A DNA stretch of 56,576 bases. It comes from an uncultured Candidatus Saccharibacteria bacterium (GTDB lineage: Bacteria; Patescibacteriota; Minisyncoccia; Minisyncoccales; PWPS01). Shown in pieces: positions 52,344-56,576 of the stretch. Both the position numbers and the translations under genes were made by a program. The notes under the pieces were generated by a model. It had not been told where the DNA came from. It saw only the letters and a program-made list of their open reading frames with translations, and searched no databases. The stretch is taken from positions 1-56,576 of the forward strand of contig CAYWPY010000001.1 in assembly GCA_964460255.1 (NCBI GenBank). Direction: 5' to 3'. Positions within the stretch are counted from its first letter, which is position 1, and each line of letters opens with the position of its first letter.

Positions 52344-52887
52344 ATTGCTTTATCTTTTTTAAATTATTCTTCAGTTTTATTGTTAGCTCTTGGTTATCAA
52401 CTCGCTCAATTAAAATTTTTATCACTTTTTCTGTCTGTTTTATCTTATTTCTTTTATCCGTATTAAAGATTTGAAATGCTTCCGATCCCTTATCCTCGAG
52501 CCTTAAAATTAAATCCGTTGTATTGCTGATTACATCCGCTGCTTTAATTAGTATTGCTTGATCAGAAATGGAAATCATTTTTTGAGCGGCCCGGTTTTTT
52601 CTTTTATTATAAGATAAACTTTTATCGTCTTCCGAAACCTCCTCTACCAAATTTGCTACCCTTTTTCCAAACTTTTCTTCAAGAGTGGCTTTATCGTATT
52701 CGGTATCTTCAATTACGTCGTGTAGGATTCCGGCAATAATCAAGTCTTGATCATTACTTATCCTCGCTAAAATAAGACCCACAATCATCGGGTGGGAAAT
52801 GTAAGCTATTTTTGTTCCTTTTCTTTTTTGACCTTTATGTGCTTTAAAAGAAAATTCTACCGCTCGTTGCTCTTTTTTACTCCACAT
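52333..52887 (-). CDS. HD-domain protein, RelA/SpoT-type (p)ppGpp hydrolase-like (small alarmone hydrolase)
   Basis: AHKGQKRKGTKIAYISHPMIVGLILA...AGILHDVIEDT...FGKRVANLVEEVS matches the SpoT/Mesh1 hydrolase domain. 184 aa with no synthetase domain. 11-nt overlap with the helicase gene. Confidence 0.8.
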   Translation of the reverse strand: MWSKKEQRAVEFSFKAHKGQKRKGTKIAYISHPMIVGLILARISNDQDLIIAGILHDVIEDTEYDKATLEEKFGKRVANLVEEVSEDDKSLSYNKRKNRAAQKMISISDQAILIKAADVISNTTDLILRLEDKGSEAFQIFNTDKRNKIKQTEKVIKILIERVDNQELTIKLKNNLKKIKQYED

Positions 52888-52948
52888 TTTAATTATTTTT
52901 AACTTTTAAACTAATTAACCATATCACAGATAAAAAAGAGTTTCCAAA

Positions 52949-53722
52949 TTATTTATTTTTAGGTGGTAAAGGAAAAAATTTACTAACTCTTTCTTTGTAT
53001 TCTTCAAAACCTTCTTTTTCCGCTAATCTTTTCTCCATCATTGGAATTCCGGAAATCTTTAGTATTAATACCGTAATGGTTATCGGACTTAAGATAGTCC
53101 ACCATTTTCCGATTGTAGCCGCTAAAATCCAAAAGGCCCACCACTGAATCACCTCCCCAAAATAATTAGGATGGCGACTATACTTCCATAATCCCGTTTC
53201 TAAAATACCGTCTTTTTTTGGATTTTGAATAAATTTTTTCAGTTGGTAATCACCTACTACCTCAAAAAAGAAACCGACCAACCAAATCAAAAGAGCAATC
53301 AAATCAAAAAAAGTTATGGTCATTACTCCACTTTGATTAATTAATAAAATCGGCAATGAGATAATGTAAATTAAAAACCCTTGCAAAAGATAAACTTGTC
53401 CGTAAGATCGGATGTAAAACCATTCTCCCCATTGTTGGCGCCATCTTTTATATCTATAGTCTTCTTCTTTAGAACGATTTCGAAGATAAATATGAGTTGA
53501 TAGTCGTAATCCCCAAATTAAAACCAAACTGGTAATTAAAGCGGGTTTAATTAAAAATCCGTAACTTTGATAATTGAAATAAAAAGAAAATAAAGCTAAA
53601 AAAACAAATCCTAAACCCCAACCGATATCGGCTATATCATTTCTTTTTTTAATTATCGAAACTCCAAATAAAAAAGTAACGTATAAAAAAAGCAAAAGGC
53701 CTAAAAAAAGAAAATAATTCAT
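52949..53722 (-). CDS. DUF1295 / steroid 5-alpha-reductase-like membrane protein
   Basis: Polytopic, with the C-terminal signature GLWKYSRHPNYFGEVIQWW. Confidence 0.75.
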   Translation of the reverse strand: MNYFLFLGLLLFLYVTFLFGVSIIKKRNDIADIGWGLGFVFLALFSFYFNYQSYGFLIKPALITSLVLIWGLRLSTHIYLRNRSKEEDYRYKRWRQQWGEWFYIRSYGQVYLLQGFLIYIISLPILLINQSGVMTITFFDLIALLIWLVGFFFEVVGDYQLKKFIQNPKKDGILETGLWKYSRHPNYFGEVIQWWAFWILAATIGKWWTILSPITITVLILKISGIPMMEKRLAEKEGFEEYKERVSKFFPLPPKNK

Positions 53723-54117
53723 AATATTAGCTTAATAGTTATAAAATAAGTTAATAAAGAAACGCTGGAAGCGATAAACGCACCCCAAAAAATATCAATA
53801 ATAGTCACCATTACCGGCCAACCTTCTATTGTTGCTAAATTAGTGAGATCATAAGTGGCATAAGTAATCACTCCAAAAAGAATTCCTAAAAAGAGAGCTG
53901 TCATCCATTGTTCTGATTTTAAAGCCGGATTGATTACAAAAACAACCAGACCCAAAACAAAAAGCAAATAAAAAATAAAAGCGGAGATGAGGTTAATATC
54001 CGATTTCATTAAAAATCCGATTTTTTCTTGATATAAATCTTTTGCCACTATTCCCAGCCAAATTGAATCAATAGCCAAAAAAAGAGAAAGAGCGATCAAA
54101 TATATTTTCCAATACAT
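53719..54117 (-). CDS. DUF2177-like membrane protein
   Basis: 132 aa with 4 TM segments. The N-terminus LAIDSIWLGIVAKDLYQEKIG resembles DUF2177. 4-nt overlap with the DUF1295 gene. Confidence 0.55.
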   Translation of the reverse strand: MYWKIYLIALSLFLAIDSIWLGIVAKDLYQEKIGFLMKSDINLISAFIFYLLFVLGLVVFVINPALKSEQWMTALFLGILFGVITYATYDLTNLATIEGWPVMVTIIDIFWGAFIASSVSLLTYFITIKLIL

Positions 54118-54179
54118 ATTTTTATTTATTATATTCTAATTTAATTATATCACTTTAACCAAAACTTAAAAGATAATTT

Positions 54180-54202
54180 AAAAGGGCTCCTTTTGGGAGC
54201 CC
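54180..54202 (-). terminator. rho-independent terminator
   Basis: The minus strand reads GGGCTCC-CAAAA-GGAGCCC followed by TTTT. Confidence 0.7.
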
Positions 54203-54211
54203 GTTTCAAGA

Positions 54212-54571
54212 TTAATTCTCAGAAGAATTGTTTTTTCTGAGAACTTTTTCTGGAGGATTAGATCCAGAGTAAATTTTTCTGTAGCAATAGATAGCTAAAT
54301 AAGCAAGACCGACGGCAATAATAAGAGCCGCAAAGAGGTCTAACAAGGACATAATGTAATTATATCCTACCAAGACTCTTTCTTCGGTTAGCCAGCTTCT
54401 CACCCATGATTCCAGTCTTATTTTTTGGGATAACGTTTCTAAAGAAGCCCAAATTAAAACCAAAAGGGATAAAAGAGCTACTACCTTCAAAAGAACTGTC
54501 TTCGCTTCAGTATCAATTACCTTTTCAAATCCACCCTGAATCTTATCTTTGATACTCCTTAAAATAGTCAT
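54212..54571 (-). CDS. membrane protein (119 aa), independently transcribed
   Basis: ATG preceded by AGGAGGAG. Two hydrophobic helices. It has its own promoter motif and terminator. Confidence 0.6.
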   Translation of the reverse strand: MTILRSIKDKIQGGFEKVIDTEAKTVLLKVVALLSLLVLIWASLETLSQKIRLESWVRSWLTEERVLVGYNYIMSLLDLFAALIIAVGLAYLAIYCYRKIYSGSNPPEKVLRKNNSSEN

Positions 54572-54594
54572 ATAAATCCTCCTCCTTGTCTGTT

Positions 54595-54623
54595 TTTATA
54601 CTATAAATTAATTATACTGTCAA
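54595..54623 (-). promoter_or_regulatory. promoter candidate
   Basis: On the minus strand: TTGACA (54623-54618), 17-nt spacer, TATAAA (54600-54595). Confidence 0.5.
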
Positions 54624-54660
54624 ATAATAAGGAGAGAATGCTTTTCCAACTGACTATTTA

Positions 54661-55428
54661 TTACTCAAGTGTTAAATTTTCTCCATTACTATTAATTACC
54701 CAATTAAGCCTTTCATCACTCTCCGGATCTTCAGTAGTAAATTTAAGTTGATCTTCCTCCCATTTTAATTGGTTGAAGATAGGTAAAAATTGGGTAGCCT
54801 CATTTTTTCCTTCTAAAATTTCAAGCAAATCCTCTCCTTCTAATTCAAAATTCATACTCATATTTTCAATACTATCTACTCTTAAATAATCACCTTGAGC
54901 TCTTGCCGTTCCTAGTGTATAAGCCAATTTAGTAGAATCGTCAGACCATGTGTATTCATCAACAGTTCCTCTTGCTGGGTCAGTTATAAAATCCATTTCT
55001 CCCTCTTCTAAGTCAGCAACTACTACTAAAGAAGTAGTAGACAAAGCCGCATATCCACTTACCGAAAATGCTAATTTATTATTGTCGGGAGAAATACTGG
55101 CTTCGCGATCGAAAAAGTTAAAGTCTCCGGGATTCATATTATTGGGACCCACTTGTGGGGTTTCATCAAATTGATCCCAATTGTTTTCCGTCCACTCGTT
55201 TAAATCATCAATTGTAAGTGAAAAAACCTCTTCTTCATTATCTTCATTACTGTCTTCTTCTATTACTTTAATTTGTTGAGCTTCTTGGTCTTCTTCAGCA
55301 ATAAATTCAACTTCTCGCTCAGTAATTTCATTATTTTCTTCTGGGTCATTATCTTCTGGAGATTCTAATCCGTAAATTATAAAACCAACTCCGGCAATAA
55401 TCAAAAGTAAAATTATAATTTTTTTCAT
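54661..55428 (-). CDS. membrane-anchored acidic protein with PD40/TolB-like blade motifs
   Basis: N-terminal anchor MKKIIILLLIIAGVGFIIYGL and a very acidic linker, then ISPDNNKLAFSVSG and WSDDSTKLAYTLG, which are reminiscent of beta-propeller blades. Confidence 0.6.
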   Translation of the reverse strand: MKKIIILLLIIAGVGFIIYGLESPEDNDPEENNEITEREVEFIAEEDQEAQQIKVIEEDSNEDNEEEVFSLTIDDLNEWTENNWDQFDETPQVGPNNMNPGDFNFFDREASISPDNNKLAFSVSGYAALSTTSLVVVADLEEGEMDFITDPARGTVDEYTWSDDSTKLAYTLGTARAQGDYLRVDSIENMSMNFELEGEDLLEILEGKNEATQFLPIFNQLKWEEDQLKFTTEDPESDERLNWVINSNGENLTLE

Positions 55429-55499
55429 ATTTATTTTTTATTAATTAATAATATCTATTTTCAAAATAACATAGCTATATACCAAGTCAAAAAAAACAG

Positions 55500-56015
55500 T
55501 TAATTTATTTTAATAATTTCCAAAACTTTTGGTAGAATAACTTTAAACCAAGGAGTATATTTCTCCGGATTCTTTTCTATATCCTTTTCTATCTCCGACA
55601 AAGATAACCATTGATAATCTGAAACTTCTTTTGAGTTTGGATCAACCGCTCCGTTATAAGTACCGATAAAAAGATGATCTAATTCATGTTCAATTAAATT
55701 ACCTACTTTTAAATTATATTTGGTAGTTCCTATTTCTCCAATTTCCGCACTAAATCCCATTTCTTCCTTTAGTCTTTTTTTTGCCTGCTTTTTTAAATTA
55801 TTATCTTCTGTCGGATGACTACAACAACTATTAGACCAAAGCCCTCCCCCGTGATACTTGCTCTCCGCTCTTTTTTGTAAAAGCATTTCCCCTTCATCAT
55901 TTAAAATAAATATGGAAAAGGCACGATGCAACACCCCTTTTTCATGAGCTTTTAATTTTTCAATCTCCCCTATTTTTTTATCTTCTTCATCTACTTTTAT
56001 TATCTTGTTTTTCAT
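55500..56015 (-). CDS. idi: isopentenyl-diphosphate delta-isomerase, type 1 (Nudix)
   Basis: HRAFSIFILNDEGEMLLQKRAESKYHGGGLWSNSCCSHP and EHE, typical of type 1 IDI. Confidence 0.88.
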   Translation of the reverse strand: MKNKIIKVDEEDKKIGEIEKLKAHEKGVLHRAFSIFILNDEGEMLLQKRAESKYHGGGLWSNSCCSHPTEDNNLKKQAKKRLKEEMGFSAEIGEIGTTKYNLKVGNLIEHELDHLFIGTYNGAVDPNSKEVSDYQWLSLSEIEKDIEKNPEKYTPWFKVILPKVLEIIKIN

Positions 56016-56576
56016 AATTTATTGTTATAATATTTTTTTCAATAATGCATTTTCTACTTGGAATAAAGTTAATAGTTAATTCATAATCACTACCCGTAAA
56101 TCTTGTAAATTTCTCTTTTACTTTCTTTTTATTTTGTTTTATATATCTAATGTGACTAGCATCAGTAACAATATTGATAAAAGCTAAAAAAGTCTTACTT
56201 TTATTATCTATCTTTTCACAATCTTCTTTTATTTTTTTAGTTTTCTCATTTAATTGCTTTATGAAATATTCATAATTGAATTTAGTTTTTTCCTTTTTCT
56301 CATTTTGAACCATATCTCCTGAATAATTATATTCAGAAATAGCTTTAGATTTAACAGACTCTAACTCAATCTTAACTCTTGATGTCTCATTGCTTTTTAT
56401 TTCTAAAATTATTTTCCTAGATATTTGCGGATGACGCCGAATCAAAATAAATAAATTATTGCTTTTACATTCATATACTCCTTCAGAATTAAAAAAATCA
56501 CAGAGAATGGTAATTATTTCTTGATCAGAAAAATTTAAAATATCATTAATGAAGTTATCATTAGCATTCTTAAGTT
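55987..56576 (-). CDS. hypothetical protein, 5'-partial at the right window edge
   Basis: The frame of ORF 55987..56445 stays open upstream to the window end (…LKNANDNFINDILNFSDQEIITILCDFFNSEGVYECKSNNLFILIRRHPQ…) with no in-frame ATG. The gene therefore probably starts outside the window. 29-nt overlap with idi. Confidence 0.5.
   Translation of the reverse strand, partial: LKNANDNFINDILNFSDQEIITILCDFFNSEGVYECKSNNLFILIRRHPQISRKIILEIKSNETSRVKIELESVKSKAISEYNYSGDMVQNEKKEKTKFNYEYFIKQLNEKTKKIKEDCEKIDNKSKTFLAFINIVTDASHIRYIKQNKKKVKEKFTRFTGSDYELTINFIPSRKCIIEKNIITINYEKQDNKSR

Noticed and set aside
1-56576. Alternative genetic code (UGA as sense, as in some CPR lineages)
   Set aside because: Full-length, motif-complete genes end at TGA (for example the polyprenyl synthase at 28510 and galU at 36643). 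No well-supported gene needs an internal TGA to be read through. The standard code fits.
1-56576. CRISPR arrays, rRNA genes, IS elements or transposases, prophage blocks
   Set aside because: I found no short direct repeats with regular spacing, no rRNA-like sequence and no transposase-like ORF. The only tyrosine recombinase is paired with a dif-like site rather than with att-like repeats or phage genes.
1-56576. Remaining short ORFs in the track that overlap longer motif-supported genes (543..773, 1214..1447, 1597..1824, 2771..2977, 5229..5534, 8129..8311, 8713..8916, 9353..9610, 9880..10164, 10178..10384, 12129..12326, 13333..13581, 17752..18173, 19514..19717, 27146..27657, 28514..28911, 33591..33806, 36754..36942, 38968..39444, 45977..46180, 46532..46717, 48252..48437, 49890..50084, 50911..51201, 51908..52129, 52554..52739, 54950..55174)
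   Set aside because: Each is antisense to, or out of frame with, a longer gene that has clear family motifs. In AT-rich DNA such shadow ORFs of 60-100 codons are expected. None has an SD or a recognisable motif.

Overview
AT-rich (about 30% GC by eye), very gene-dense bacterial chromosomal segment with roughly 65-70 protein genes and one tRNA. I saw no rRNA, CRISPR array or transposase. The code is standard: TGA, TAA and TAG all terminate well-supported genes. Many genes overlap by 1-30 nt, and two convergent pairs overlap at their 3' ends. Several proteins are shortened versions of their families: a 245-aa HrcA, a 463-aa AspRS without the GAD insertion, and a capless 126-aa HAD. Together with an AmmeMemoRadiSam operon, this fits a reduced-genome Patescibacteria/CPR-like organism (inference only). 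Housekeeping content: hrcA-grpE-dnaK-dnaJ behind a CIRCE-like operator; tRNA-Lys(UUU); M20 peptidase, MiaB-family methylthiotransferase, Ctp protease, rplI, pyrG, rpmA; gltX; a partial dcw block (dac-mraY-murD-ftsW-murG) plus murC; aspS, tig, polyprenyl synthase, thpR, fmt, tsaC, ybaB, galU, pgeF; a CPA2 antiporter, MscS, an SPFH protein, UDG, a UvrD/PcrA-type helicase, a small (p)ppGpp-hydrolase-like HD protein and idi. Most noteworthy: (1) A 28-bp dif-like site, with 15 consecutive nt identical to the E. coli dif core, lies in the 5' leader of a Xer-type tyrosine recombinase gene at the major + to - gene-orientation switch. (2) A complete promoter-RBS-secreted protein-terminator cassette is tandemly triplicated with an 827-bp period, and shows a ~650-nt identical conversion tract plus mosaic divergence. 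(3) A five-gene translationally coupled AmmeMemoRadiSam operon carries an extra 92-aa ORF and a catalytic-domain-less integrase-like protein. (4) A self-contained 25-aa cationic amphipathic peptide gene sits between an M50-like protease and an ABC transporter. (5) A Cas4-like Fe-S PD-(D/E)XK nuclease is fused to a sigma-70 region-4-type HTH and coupled to a family-4 UDG. (6) A YjbQ-family gene is interrupted by one in-frame TAA. Nothing here was checked against databases. All family calls rest on motifs read from the translations and on sequence features read by eye.
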